The notes under the pieces are model-generated. The model ran no database searches and had not been told where the DNA came from. It saw nothing but the letters and a program-made list of their open reading frames with translations. A DNA stretch of 64,000 nucleotides. It comes from Thermoanaerobaculia bacterium (lineage in GTDB: Bacteria > Acidobacteriota > Thermoanaerobaculia > UBA5066). The stretch covers positions 576,001 to 640,000 of the forward strand of contig CAWFJJ010000024.1 of NCBI GenBank assembly GCA_963816185.1, read 5' to 3'. This document shows, piece by piece, positions 1-8,928 of the stretch (the first letter of the stretch is position 1; every line of letters begins with the position of its first letter). Made by a program: the position numbers and the translations under genes.

Positions 1-131
1 TCGTCGCCGATGTCCTCGCCCGGTTGGAGGCACATCACCACGAGCTGGGCGTGCTTGGCGGTGAACAGCACCTGCCGGAAGTATGTATTCCTGAGAGCCA
101 GTTCCTCGATCGCTCCAACGTATCCGGTCAT
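1..131 (-). CDS. Cupin-domain protein (5' part; runs off window start)
   Basis: Manual minus-strand translation from ATG at 131: MTGYVGAIEELALRNTYFRQVLFTAKHAQLVVMCLQPGEDIGDE, typical of small cupin proteins (FRxVLxT...QLVxMxLxPGEDIG). GAAAGGAGG RBS upstream. Confidence 0.8.
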   Translation of the reverse strand, partial: MTGYVGAIEELALRNTYFRQVLFTAKHAQLVVMCLQPGEDIGD

Positions 132-208
132 TGTGGGCCCTCCTTTCCCTCGGAATTGCTGCGATGGGTTCCCACCGACGGTTCGGCCGCCGGACTCTTG
201 CGCTCTCC

Positions 209-733
209 TCACATCGGGGGCTTCTTCTCCTCGGCCTTGGGCTCAGGAGCAGTGCCCATCTTCATCATCGGGCATTCCATCGCGCCCTTCGTGCCGTGCA
301 TGTGCATGTGATGAATCATGTGCGCCATCATCGCGGGTTGCATCTCCATCATCATGGAGCGAAGCTCCTTGCGCTGGGAGACGAGCTCGTTGAGGACCGC
401 CGCCATCGGCTTTTCCAGGGCGTCGACCTCTTTGGACTCCTTGGCGGCGTTCATCTCCGCCACCAGCTTGTCCAGCGTGGCGTCCATCGCCTGGAGCTTT
501 TTCTGCATCTCCTGCTTCTTGGCCATCATGGCCTCGCACTCCGCCTTCATGTCGGCGTCGCGCTTGGCCTTCGCAGGGCTGGCCTTGTGGTGGCCGGTCA
601 TCGCGGCCGCGTGAGGGCTCGTGGCGGCCGGCGTGGGCCCGGGAGGTGGAGGCGTCTGGGCGCCGACGCTCAAGCCAAGCACGAGCGCGGCAGCAGCAAA
701 GATGCCAGGAACGAGGACCGTGAGATTTTTCAT
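209..733 (-). CDS. Secreted Met/His-rich helical hypothetical protein (possible metal-binding)
   Basis: Start MKNLTVLVPGIFAAAALVLG (signal peptide) after GAAAGGAA RBS; coiled-coil middle; C-terminus MMAHMIHHMHMHG...MECPMM. Confidence 0.7.
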   Translation of the reverse strand: MKNLTVLVPGIFAAAALVLGLSVGAQTPPPPGPTPAATSPHAAAMTGHHKASPAKAKRDADMKAECEAMMAKKQEMQKKLQAMDATLDKLVAEMNAAKESKEVDALEKPMAAVLNELVSQRKELRSMMMEMQPAMMAHMIHHMHMHGTKGAMECPMMKMGTAPEPKAEEKKPPM

Positions 734-812
734 TGTCGCGTTTCCTTTCTGGCGGTCCGATCCGCTCGCAAGGGAGTGGGATCCGGCCGCGTTAAAACCG
801 TGCCACGGAGAC

Positions 813-828
813 CGCAAGGCCGGTGCCA
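813..828 (-). promoter_or_regulatory. Sigma-54 (-24/-12) promoter for 209..733
   Basis: Minus strand TGGCACCGGCCTTGCG = GG-N10-GC with TGGCAC and TTGC. Confidence 0.75.
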
Positions 829-903
829 GCCCGCGGATGGCGGCGCTCTCGTCGCGTGGCCCGGTTAGCTCCGTCTTCCGCCCGCTCGGTACGGTTACGC
901 GAC

Positions 904-919
904 TGGCACGCCTCGTGCT
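904..919 (+). promoter_or_regulatory. Sigma-54 promoter for small gene 951..1031
   Basis: TGGCACGCCTCGTGCT = GG-N10-GC. Confidence 0.65.
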
Positions 920-950
920 CCCTCGTCTGTTGAGAAAGGGGGGAAAGATC

Positions 951-1031
951 ATGAACCTCATCCTCTTAGTCGTCGTGTTGCTGCTTCTGTTCGGGGGCGG
1001 TGGCTATTATTGGAACAGCAGACGCGGGTGA
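951..1031 (+). CDS. 26-aa single-TM small protein (DUF3309-like)
   Basis: MNLILLVVVLLLLFGGGGYYWNSRRG; purine-rich RBS upstream; the LLLFGGGGYY pattern is typical of small stress membrane peptides. Confidence 0.7.
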   Translation: MNLILLVVVLLLLFGGGGYYWNSRRG

Positions 1032-1095
1032 TTGGTGCAGCTGAGGCCCGAGTTGCACAGGCCCCCGAGCGCGCGGGGGCCTCAGTTTCATCACG

Positions 1096-2193
1096 TTAGG
1101 CGCCCTTGAGGACGACCTTGAGGGCACGCTGCTTCGCCGCGTCGCCGAACGTGTCATAGGCCTTCATGACGTCCGCCAGCGCGAAGCGGTGGGTCACGAG
1201 CTTCTGGGGTGCGAGGCGGCCGGACTGCACGAGCTTGAGAAGCATCGGGGTCGTGATCGTGTCCACGAGGCGGGTCGTCAGCGTCATGTTGCGGTCCCAG
1301 AGCTTCTCGAGGTGCAGCTCGACCGGCTTGCCGTGGACCCCGACGTTGGCAAGGCGCCCGCCCGGCGCCAGAATAGACTGGCAGATGTCGAAGGTGGCTG
1401 GAACGCCCACGGCCTCGATCGCCACGTCGACGCCTTTGCCGTCCGTGAGGGCCATGACGCGCGCGATGGCCTTGCCGTCGGACGAGTCGATGACGTTCGT
1501 GGCACCGAAGGACCGGGCCACGTCGAGACGGTTCTGATCGACGTCGATCACCACGATGTCGGCCGGCGAGTAGAACTGCGCCGTCAGAAGCGCTGCGAGT
1601 CCGATCGGCCCGGCGCCCACGATCGCCACGGTGTCTCCCGGCCTCACCTGGCCGTTCAGGACCCCGCACTCGAAACCGGTCGGAAGGACGTCGCTGAGCA
1701 TCGCGTACGCCTCTTCGTCGGACCCGGGCGGAAGCGCGTAGAGGCTCGTGTCGGCGTGCGGGATGCGGACGTACTCGGCCTGCGTCCCGTCGATGACGTT
1801 GCCCAGGATCCAGCCGCCGCTCTTGCAGTGCGAGCACATCCCCTTCCTGCAGAACTCACACTTGCCGCACGCGGTGATGCAGGAGATCAGGACCGCGTCG
1901 CCTTGGTGGAAATTCGAAACGGCCGCTCCGGCCTCCTCGATCACACCCACGCCCTCGTGCCCGAGGATTCGCCCGTCTGTGACCGTGGGGACGTCGCCGT
2001 CGAGGATGTGGAGGTCGGTGCCGCAGATCGTGGATGTCGTGATTCGGACGATCGCGTCCGCGGCGTCCTTGATCATCGGCCTCGGTCTTTCTTCCCAGGC
2101 GCGCCGGCCAGGGCCGTGGAAGACGAGAGCCTTCATGGCCGTCTTCCCGGTACCGGTCCCGACTCTTTCCATCAGGGCTCGTGACTTGCTCAT
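1096..2193 (-). CDS. Zinc-dependent alcohol dehydrogenase (MDR, FDH-like)
   Basis: ICGTD and GHEG catalytic Zn motifs, CGKCEFCRKGMCSHC structural Zn, GAGPIG Rossmann motif. Start at 2193 (AAGGA RBS) or 2136. Confidence 0.93.
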   Translation of the reverse strand: MSKSRALMERVGTGTGKTAMKALVFHGPGRRAWEERPRPMIKDAADAIVRITTSTICGTDLHILDGDVPTVTDGRILGHEGVGVIEEAGAAVSNFHQGDAVLISCITACGKCEFCRKGMCSHCKSGGWILGNVIDGTQAEYVRIPHADTSLYALPPGSDEEAYAMLSDVLPTGFECGVLNGQVRPGDTVAIVGAGPIGLAALLTAQFYSPADIVVIDVDQNRLDVARSFGATNVIDSSDGKAIARVMALTDGKGVDVAIEAVGVPATFDICQSILAPGGRLANVGVHGKPVELHLEKLWDRNMTLTTRLVDTITTPMLLKLVQSGRLAPQKLVTHRFALADVMKAYDTFGDAAKQRALKVVLKGA

Positions 2194-2241
2194 CGCGTCT
2201 CGTCCTTTCGCATGGGGCGGGTTCCAGCTAACCGACCCTTC

Positions 2242-2257
2242 CGCAACAACGGTGCCG
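2242..2257 (-). promoter_or_regulatory. Sigma-54 promoter for the ADH gene
   Basis: Minus strand CGGCACCGTTGTTGCG = GG-N10-GC. Confidence 0.7.
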
Positions 2258-2289
2258 AATGACGCTCGCATCGCCGTGGACGGGCGCGC

Positions 2290-2328
2290 TGGCACGCTTT
2301 GCCGATCTCTCCGGAAAAACGTGCCGAT
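2290..2328. promoter_or_regulatory. Paired palindromic operator/enhancer, copy A
   Basis: TGGCA-N5-TGCCG at 2290 and CGGAA-N5-TGCCG at 2312 (22-bp spacing). 33/38 identical to 5127..5164. Confidence 0.65.
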
Positions 2329-2416
2329 GTCCAAGGCACGAGCCGCGAGACTCGGGTCAATCCCCAGTGAGCCTCTACAACGAGATGTTCCTCAGGATGG
2401 TCTTCACTCTGAGGCG

Positions 2417-2432
2417 TGGCCTGCCGCTTGCA
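2417..2432 (+). promoter_or_regulatory. Sigma-54 promoter for 2444..2833 (predicted leaderless transcript)
   Basis: TGGCCTGCCGCTTGCA = GG-N10-GC. Predicted +1 is about 2443; ATG at 2444; no SD. Confidence 0.7.
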
Positions 2433-2443
2433 GGGTCGTCCGC

Positions 2444-2833
2444 ATGATAAAAGCCAAGCATTTCACTTTAGCTGCCGCTCTCCTCGTCCTCGCCGCCGGC
2501 GTGTCCTTCGCGGGCACGGCGGGTGCGCAACCGCAACCCCCGATGCCGCCCGGGATGTCGACGCCCCCGATGCGCGGGGACCTGCACGTCCGGATCGTCC
2601 GGGAGGCTCGGCCGCCGCTCCGGCGGGAGGTCGTGACCGAGCGCCCGGGTCCGCACCACTTCTGGATCAAGGGGTACTGGCATCACACGGGCCAGGCCTG
2701 GGGCTGGAACGACGGTCGCTGGTCCGAGCGACGCGCCCACGCCCACTGGGTCGGCGCCCGATATCAGAAGGTGCGGGGCGGCACTCGATACACCCCCGGG
2801 CACTGGTCGAACGAGCACGTCATCCACAACTGA
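2444..2833 (+). CDS. Secreted YXWGXW-repeat protein
   Basis: Signal peptide MIKAKHFTLAAALLVLAAG; PPLRREV...RPGPHHFWIKGYWHH..WGWNDGRW...HWVGARY...YTPGHW repeats. Confidence 0.8.
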   Translation: MIKAKHFTLAAALLVLAAGVSFAGTAGAQPQPPMPPGMSTPPMRGDLHVRIVREARPPLRREVVTERPGPHHFWIKGYWHHTGQAWGWNDGRWSERRAHAHWVGARYQKVRGGTRYTPGHWSNEHVIHN

Positions 2834-2917
2834 TCCGTCGGCGGAATGTCCTGAGGTTTACTTCTTCGAGCTGACGAAAAGCTCGGAGAGGTAAGCTGTT
2901 TTCGAGGACCTGACTCG

Positions 2918-4567
2918 ATGCCGACCCCGATGCGCGTTCTGCTCGTGGACGCCGACGAGGACAGCGCCGTTCTGATGCGCGGCCTGATCGACGACATGGC
3001 GGCCCCGACGGACGTGGAGCGGGCCGCGGGCTTCGATGCGGGTCTCGAGCGGATGTCGTCGCACCGATACGACGTCCACCTCGTGGCTTGCCGGCTCGGC
3101 ACGAGGAGCGGGGTCGACCTTCTGCGCGCCTATCGCGCGTCCGGCGGCGACGGTCCCGTGATCATGATCGCCGATGAGCCGGATCGCGCCGAGGACCTCG
3201 CGGCGGTGGAGAGCGGCGCCGAGGACTACGTCGTCAGGAATCATCTCGACTCGACGCTGCTCGAGCGCTCGATCCGATACGCGGTCGAGGCGTCGAAGCG
3301 CGAAGCGGCGCTCCGCCGCATTCGTGACGAGCTGGAGACTCGGGTCGCCGAGCGGGCCGACGCGCTCGAGACCATGAACGAAGCGCTGGCGGCCGAGGTG
3401 GCCGAGCGGCGCGCCGCCGAGCGCGCGCTGCGCGCGGTGGACCGCCGGAAGGACGAGTTCCTCGCCACGCTGGCGCACGAGCTCCGCAACCCGCTCGCGC
3501 CGCTGTCGAGCGCGACCGAGATCCTGTCGCGAACGCTCGACGCGGCGGGAGAAGGGGCAAGGCGCGAACGCGCCCTGCGCGTGATCGATCGACAGGTCGC
3601 ACACATGGTGCGCCTGATCGACGAGCTTCTCGACCTGTCCCGGATCACGCACGGGAAGCTGGACCTGCGCCGCGAGTGGGTTTCCCTCGCGGCCGTCATC
3701 GAGAGCGCGCTCGAGACGGCCGAGCCTCTCCTTCACGGCCGCCGGCAGGCTTTCGAGCTGGTCCTGCCCGAGAAGCCGGTGCTCCTTCATGCCGATCCGA
3801 TGCGGCTCGCGCAGGTCCTGTCGAACCTCCTTTCGAATGCCGCCAAATACACGGAGCCGGGCGGGCGAATCCGTCTCGAGGCCGTGCGAGACGGCGAGGA
3901 TCTCGTGGTGTCGGTCGTCGATTCCGGCATCGGGATCCCGGCGGCTCATCTCGCGCACGTCTTCACGATGTTCGGGCAGGGGCACCGCGCGCACGAGGCG
4001 GTCTACGGAGGGCTCGGAGTCGGCCTGGCGCTCGCGAAGAGCCTCACCGAGCTGCACGGAGGGAGCCTGACTGCGGCGAGCGAGGGCGAGGGTAAGGGGA
4101 GTGTCTTCACGCTCCGCCTCGCGTGCGCGGCCGCCGACGTCGCCGCTCCTCTGGCCGCGCGGGTTTCGCCGAGCGCGCCGCCGCCGCCGCGCCGGATCCT
4201 CATCGTCGACGACAACATCGAGGCCGCGCTCACGCTCGCCGAGCTCCTGGCGCTCGAGGGTCACGAGACGCACGTCGCGCACGATGGCCCGTCCGCCGTG
4301 GACACGGCGCGGCGCCTGAGCCCGGACGTCGCGATCCTCGACATCGGGCTACCCGGCTTCGATGGGTACGAGGCGGCGCGCCGCCTCCGGGCGGAGCCGG
4401 AACTGAGCGGGCTCCTCCTCGTGGCTCTCTCCGGCTGGGTCCAGCCGGACGATCGGGCACGGTCGCACGAGGCCGGCTTCGACCATCACTTCGCCAAGCC
4501 GGTCCAGCTCAAGAGCCTCGAGCTGGTCCTCCTGGAAGCGGGTGGTGATCGAGGCCGTACTTCTTGA
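2918..4567 (+). CDS. Cytoplasmic hybrid histidine kinase (pseudo-REC / HisKA / HATPase / REC)
   Basis: FLATLAHELRNPL H-box, NLLSNAAKY N-box, DSGIG and GGLGVGL G-boxes, C-terminal REC (LDIGLPGFDG, FAKP). Confidence 0.93.
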   Translation: MPTPMRVLLVDADEDSAVLMRGLIDDMAAPTDVERAAGFDAGLERMSSHRYDVHLVACRLGTRSGVDLLRAYRASGGDGPVIMIADEPDRAEDLAAVESGAEDYVVRNHLDSTLLERSIRYAVEASKREAALRRIRDELETRVAERADALETMNEALAAEVAERRAAERALRAVDRRKDEFLATLAHELRNPLAPLSSATEILSRTLDAAGEGARRERALRVIDRQVAHMVRLIDELLDLSRITHGKLDLRREWVSLAAVIESALETAEPLLHGRRQAFELVLPEKPVLLHADPMRLAQVLSNLLSNAAKYTEPGGRIRLEAVRDGEDLVVSVVDSGIGIPAAHLAHVFTMFGQGHRAHEAVYGGLGVGLALAKSLTELHGGSLTAASEGEGKGSVFTLRLACAAADVAAPLAARVSPSAPPPPRRILIVDDNIEAALTLAELLALEGHETHVAHDGPSAVDTARRLSPDVAILDIGLPGFDGYEAARRLRAEPELSGLLLVALSGWVQPDDRARSHEAGFDHHFAKPVQLKSLELVLLEAGGDRGRTS

Positions 4568-5009
4568 GGCGGTTATAGATCGTCTTGAGGCTGATCCCGA
4601 GGAGGTCGGCCGCCTTCTTCCTGTCGCCGTTCACCGCCTCCAGGGTGGCGAAGAGCAGCTTGCGCTCGACCGCGACCAGCCGCTCACCCACACGCACGGG
4701 AACAGTGGGCCACGATTGCTCGTCTGCGGACGCCGCCGGCTCCCGTTTGGCCGAGCCTGACGCATCCAGGACTGGCGCCGCGTCCGTCTGAATGGTGACG
4801 TTCGATCCGGGCGCGAGTGTGATGACGTCACCCTTGGGGCCCTTGAGGCTCGTCACGCCCGGTGTGGAACCCGACTTGGCGCTGACCAGGATGTTGTTTC
4901 CGCTCGTCTTGACGGAAACGTTCCTGTTGCCTGGCTTGATGCTCACTTCGCCGGTCAGGCCGTTGAGCGTTTCCACGCCATGCTTGGCGCCGATGAGGCT
5001 GGTTTTCAT
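4509..5009 (-). CDS. Small Fis-type HTH protein with beta-rich N-terminus; HTH duplicated from the NtrC regulator at 7522..8928
   Basis: ATG at 5009. The C-terminus VERKLLFATLEAVNGDRKKAADLLGISLKTIYNRLKKYGLDH nearly matches the NtrC C-terminus. Confidence 0.75.
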   Translation of the reverse strand: MKTSLIGAKHGVETLNGLTGEVSIKPGNRNVSVKTSGNNILVSAKSGSTPGVTSLKGPKGDVITLAPGSNVTIQTDAAPVLDASGSAKREPAASADEQSWPTVPVRVGERLVAVERKLLFATLEAVNGDRKKAADLLGISLKTIYNRLKKYGLDHHPLPGGPARGS

Positions 5010-5034
5010 TCTGGAAGGTCTCCGCGTCGGGGTG

Positions 5035-5050
5035 CGCAAACTCCGTGCCG
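5035..5050 (-). promoter_or_regulatory. Sigma-54 promoter for 4509..5009
   Basis: Minus strand CGGCACGGAGTTTGCG = GG-N10-GC. Confidence 0.7.
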
Positions 5051-5125
5051 GTGCGTAGACCGCCCGTCTCGTGCTCTCGGCGGCGTTCGCACTTCTGTTA
5101 TCGGCTTGGACAGGCCGCGCGCGCA

Positions 5126-5164
5126 CGGCACATTTTGCCGGCCTCTCCGGAAAAGCGTGCCGAT
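5126..5164. promoter_or_regulatory. Paired palindromic operator/enhancer, copy B
   Basis: CGGCA-N5-TGCCG at 5126 and CGGAA-N5-TGCCG at 5148 (22-bp spacing). Confidence 0.65.
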
Positions 5165-5301
5165 CTCTTGGGCGGCCAACATCATTTTTTGGGTTCTGGT
5201 TGCGGCACGCTGTTCTGCGTATTACGGCTGTCCGGGCCCTAGCTCCCGGAGAGCCTCTCAAGGAATGCCGTGGCCCCGTGTCGACGGCAGGAAAGGTGGT
5301 C

Positions 5302-6192
5302 ATGAAACATCCGACTGCTCTTCTCGGAGCGCTGCTGTTGTGCTCCCTCCCTGCTGTCGCCCAGAAGTCCGAGCTGCCCCCGCTCGTCGTGCCCGCGAAC
5401 GCCGAGCACCACGTCGGCAAGGTGATCTGGGCTGATCTGGCGACCCCGGACCTCGACGGTGCAAAGCGGTTCTATTCAGGGCTGTTCGGCTGGACCTTCC
5501 GCGACCTTCATTTCCGCAAGACGGACTACTCCGTCGCGCTTCTCGATGGCCGGCCGGTAGGAGGTCTGGTCCACAGGCCTCCGCCGCCGGGCGAACAACG
5601 GCGGCCGGCGTGGCTGCCCTTCATCGCGGTTCGCGATGTCGATGCCGCTCAGCGGACGGCGCTGGAGCACGGGGCCAAGGTCGTGTTCGAACCCAGAACT
5701 TATGCGCAGCGCGGCCGCCAGGCGGTTCTCGCTGATCCCGAAGGGGCAGTCTTTGCAGTCCTCGCCTCGAGCAGCGGCGACCCGGGCGACTTCCTGGCGG
5801 CGCCCGGAGAGTGGATCTGGAGTGCGCTTCTCACCGCGGATCCAGACAAGGACGCGGCCTTCTATCAGGCGGTCTTCGGTTATGACGTTTTTGACGCGCC
5901 AAGTGACGACGGTTTGGAACACGTGGTCCTTTCGACCGACGACTACGCTCGCGCGAGCGTCAATGCTCTGCCCAGCCACTCGTCCCGCCGTCACCCCCAC
6001 TGGCTCAACTTCGTGCGCGTCACCGATGCCGTCGACATGGCAGCCAAGGTGGCTGCTCTGGGCGGGCGCGTGCTGGTCGAACCGCACGTCGATCGCCACG
6101 GTGGCAAGGTGGCGATCGTCGCCGATCCGACGGGAGCCCCCTTTGGATTGTTGGAGTGGTCGGACACCGATAGCAAGAAGGAGCCAAGATGA
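5302..6192 (+). CDS. Secreted VOC/glyoxalase-family protein (two VOC domains)
   Basis: Signal peptide MKHPTALLGALLL; WADLATPDLDGAKRFYSGLFGW and second-domain FYQAVFGY...ADPTGAPFGL. Confidence 0.88.
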   Translation: MKHPTALLGALLLCSLPAVAQKSELPPLVVPANAEHHVGKVIWADLATPDLDGAKRFYSGLFGWTFRDLHFRKTDYSVALLDGRPVGGLVHRPPPPGEQRRPAWLPFIAVRDVDAAQRTALEHGAKVVFEPRTYAQRGRQAVLADPEGAVFAVLASSSGDPGDFLAAPGEWIWSALLTADPDKDAAFYQAVFGYDVFDAPSDDGLEHVVLSTDDYARASVNALPSHSSRRHPHWLNFVRVTDAVDMAAKVAALGGRVLVEPHVDRHGGKVAIVADPTGAPFGLLEWSDTDSKKEPR

Positions 6193-6518
6193 ACATCATT
6201 GCTCGACGCTGGAAGGTGCGTGCGCTCGGTCTCCTGCTGCTCGGCTCGCTGTCTGCCTGCACCGTAGGCGGCGAGGGATATGTCGGGGGCGTCTACGAAC
6301 CCTCCGGGTCCGACTACGGCGGCTGGGGGCCGGGTTATTACGTGGCACCGCCCCGCGGCGGCGAACGTCACGACGAGCACGGTAGAGAACGTCGCGACGA
6401 ACGTCGTCCCGAGCCTGCGAAGCAGTCGACTCCCCACGCCTATCGGCCTGCGCCCCCGTCCCGCCAAGCTCCGTCGATTCCGACGCGTCCGCACGATTCA
6501 CGTCGGAACGAGCGTTGA
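6189..6518 (+). CDS. Small lipoprotein, hypothetical
   Basis: ATGA overlap with the VOC gene; lipobox LSAC; Gly/Tyr- then Pro/Arg-rich tail. Confidence 0.7.
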   Translation: MNIIARRWKVRALGLLLLGSLSACTVGGEGYVGGVYEPSGSDYGGWGPGYYVAPPRGGERHDEHGRERRDERRPEPAKQSTPHAYRPAPPSRQAPSIPTRPHDSRRNER

Positions 6519-7098
6519 ACGTATAGAGAGCCCGTGAGTCCGTTTCACGATCTCGGCCGGCGTTGTGGCGGTCCGTTTCCAGCCGAGAGTGCGCGGAGTC
6601 TGCCGTCCTCCGACCACACGTCAGCGGTCGGTGGGCGCCCCGGCGCGAACGCCGACATTGGGGTCATTTCTTTCCCCCGGCTTGCGGGGCTGCTCTCCCT
6701 GGGCGTCCTCGGCTTAGTCGGACTCCTCTCGCTCGGCGTGGGCGGAGTGGTTCTCGTCCAGGGTTACGTCTTCCCGGCGTCAAAGACTGGGACGCGAGTC
6801 CTGATGGGCACGTCTCGGCACGCAGAGACAGAGTCCTCGCGTGCGAATGCCCGCAGCGGATCCGGCGCGTCTGCGAGGGCCACGGCTGGAGATCCCTCTG
6901 CTGAGGTTCTTGGGAACGGTAACAGTGCGCGGCGGCCTCGATGGGCTGCCGAGTCCGGCCAAGATCCTCGCGGCTCCGGGTCGATTTCGGAGAACCAGCC
7001 CCAGACGCAGGAGGCGGCGCACGTGGAAACGGCCGCAGCGCCTTAGGGTACCGGCCGCCTAGCCGCCTGATCAACGACAGACCGGATTTGCAAAAACG

Positions 7099-7114
7099 CG
7101 GCACCGCCCTTGCG
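7099..7114 (+). promoter_or_regulatory. Sigma-54 promoter for 7137..7505
   Basis: CGGCACCGCCCTTGCG = GG-N10-GC. Confidence 0.7.
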
Positions 7115-7136
7115 GAGGAGAAGGGGAGAAGGAAAT

Positions 7137-7505
7137 ATGAATCCCCTTTTACTGGTCGTCGCTCTCGCGCTAAGTTCCCATCGGCCAGTTGTGGCTTCCG
7201 GTCCTCCCCCTGTCATGCATGTACAAACTGAAATTTCCATGCTCGCATGGTGTGACGTCTGGCAGCAGCCTACGATCATGGTGACGAACAACACACGGAT
7301 CGGCGTTGCCGTGTCGTGGACTCTGATGGCCTCGGGCACCGTGATTTCCCCGGATGACTGGGACGCGTGGTCCGACGTTTCCCTTCTGGGACCGCGGACG
7401 AGCACGGCGTGGATTTCGCCGGTATCCTCCCTGCGCCTCGTGATTTCTTATCTCGATTCGAATGCCCTCTCCTCCGGGCAAACCATCGAGGTCTCTTGCC
7501 CTTGA
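7137..7505 (+). CDS. Secreted hypothetical protein
   Basis: ATG at 7137 after GGAGAAGGAA; hydrophobic N-terminus MNPLLLVVALALS; beta-rich body with two Cys. Confidence 0.55.
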   Translation: MNPLLLVVALALSSHRPVVASGPPPVMHVQTEISMLAWCDVWQQPTIMVTNNTRIGVAVSWTLMASGTVISPDDWDAWSDVSLLGPRTSTAWISPVSSLRLVISYLDSNALSSGQTIEVSCP

Positions 7506-7521
7506 CTCCGCGGGATTAGGC

Positions 7522-8928
7522 TCAGGAACCTCGATTTCGTCCTCCGGGAATCGTGTAGTGATCGAGGCCGTACTGCTTGAGCCGGTTGTAGACCGTCTTG
7601 AGGCTGATGCCGAGAAGCTCGGCCGCCGTCCTCCGGTCTCCGTTCACGGCCTGAAGGGTGGCGAGCAGCAGCTTGCGCTCGACCGCTTCCAGCTTCTCTC
7701 CGGCACGCACCGGTACCACGGGCCACGACTCCTCGTCCGCAGGCACCTCCGGCTGACGCTCGACCGGGTGCGACGGATCGAGGACCGCTTCCACCGCCTC
7801 CGTCTGAATGACAGGCGGGTCGCTCAGGACGTACGCCCGATGCACCGCGTTCCTCAGCTCGCGTACATTGCCCGGCCAGTCGTGCCGGTCGAGCGCCTCG
7901 AGCGCCTTCTCCTCGAACGACGTGAAGCCGCGTCGCTCCTTCTCCTCGAGCTGTGAGAGAAAATGGCTTGCGAGATCCGGGATATCCGCCTTTCGCTCGC
8001 GCAGGGTCGGCATTCGCAGCGGGAAGACGTTGAGCCGGTAGAAGAGGTCGGGTCGGAACGACCCGCTGCGCACGGCCTCGTTGAGGTCGCGGTTCGAGCT
8101 CGCCACGAGACGAACGTCGACGTCCAGCTCCTCGTTGCCGCCGACTCGCCGAAACGTGCGGGTATCGAGGACGCGAAGGAACTTCACCTGCAGCTCGGGC
8201 GGCATCTCCGTCACCTCGTCCAGGAAGACCGTTCCTCCGTGGGCCATCTCGAAGGTTCCGACACGGCGCCGCTCCGCCCCCGTGAAGGAACCCTTCTCGT
8301 GCCCGAAGAGCTCGCTCTCGACGAGGCTCGGCGAGATCGCTCCGCAGTTGACCGCGACGAACTGGCCTCGACTACGGCGCGACAGGGCGTGAACCCCGCG
8401 GGCCGCGACCTCCTTGCCCGTGCCGCTCTCTCCGGTGATCATTACGGGCGCTTCCGAGGCCGCCACGCGCGCGATCAGGCGGAAGACCTCCTGCATCGCC
8501 TTTGATCGGCCGACCATCTCCCCGACCTGACCCACGGCCGCCCGCTCTGGGTGCCCCGCAGGGTGCGGGTCGTGACGCTCCGAAAGGCGGGCGAGAGTCG
8601 ACGCGAGGCGGGAGGGCTTGAGAGGCTTGAGAAGGAAGTCGTGGGCGCCGGCCTTCATCGCCTCGACCGCGGCGAGAATCGAGCCCTGGCCCGTCAGGAC
8701 GAGGACGGCACAGTCCGTCTGGCCCGCTTTCGCGGCGCGCACGACGTCGAGCCCGTTCCCGTCCGGCAGCCCGAGGTCTGCGATGCAGACATCCGGCGCC
8801 AGGCGAGTCAACGCGTCGCGCGCGTCAGCCACCGTGCCCACTGCGGATGCCTCGTGTCCGAGCTCCTGGACGAGCTCGACGAGCGACGCTCGGACCCCAG
8901 GCTCGTCCTCGACCACGAGGACCTTCAT
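7522..8928 (-). CDS. Sigma-54-dependent response regulator (NtrC family: REC-AAA+-Fis HTH)
   Basis: REC (ADLGLPDGNG), Walker A GESGTGKE, ESELFGHEKGSFTGA, FLDEV, WPGNVREL, C-terminal HTH. Confidence 0.95.
   Translation of the reverse strand: MKVLVVEDEPGVRASLVELVQELGHEASAVGTVADARDALTRLAPDVCIADLGLPDGNGLDVVRAAKAGQTDCAVLVLTGQGSILAAVEAMKAGAHDFLLKPLKPSRLASTLARLSERHDPHPAGHPERAAVGQVGEMVGRSKAMQEVFRLIARVAASEAPVMITGESGTGKEVAARGVHALSRRSRGQFVAVNCGAISPSLVESELFGHEKGSFTGAERRRVGTFEMAHGGTVFLDEVTEMPPELQVKFLRVLDTRTFRRVGGNEELDVDVRLVASSNRDLNEAVRSGSFRPDLFYRLNVFPLRMPTLRERKADIPDLASHFLSQLEEKERRGFTSFEEKALEALDRHDWPGNVRELRNAVHRAYVLSDPPVIQTEAVEAVLDPSHPVERQPEVPADEESWPVVPVRAGEKLEAVERKLLLATLQAVNGDRRTAAELLGISLKTVYNRLKQYGLDHYTIPGGRNRGS

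Noticed and set aside
6534-7046. 170-aa ORF with a hydrophobic stretch
   Set aside because: It has no recognisable family, atypical composition and no clear RBS, so it cannot be supported as a gene.
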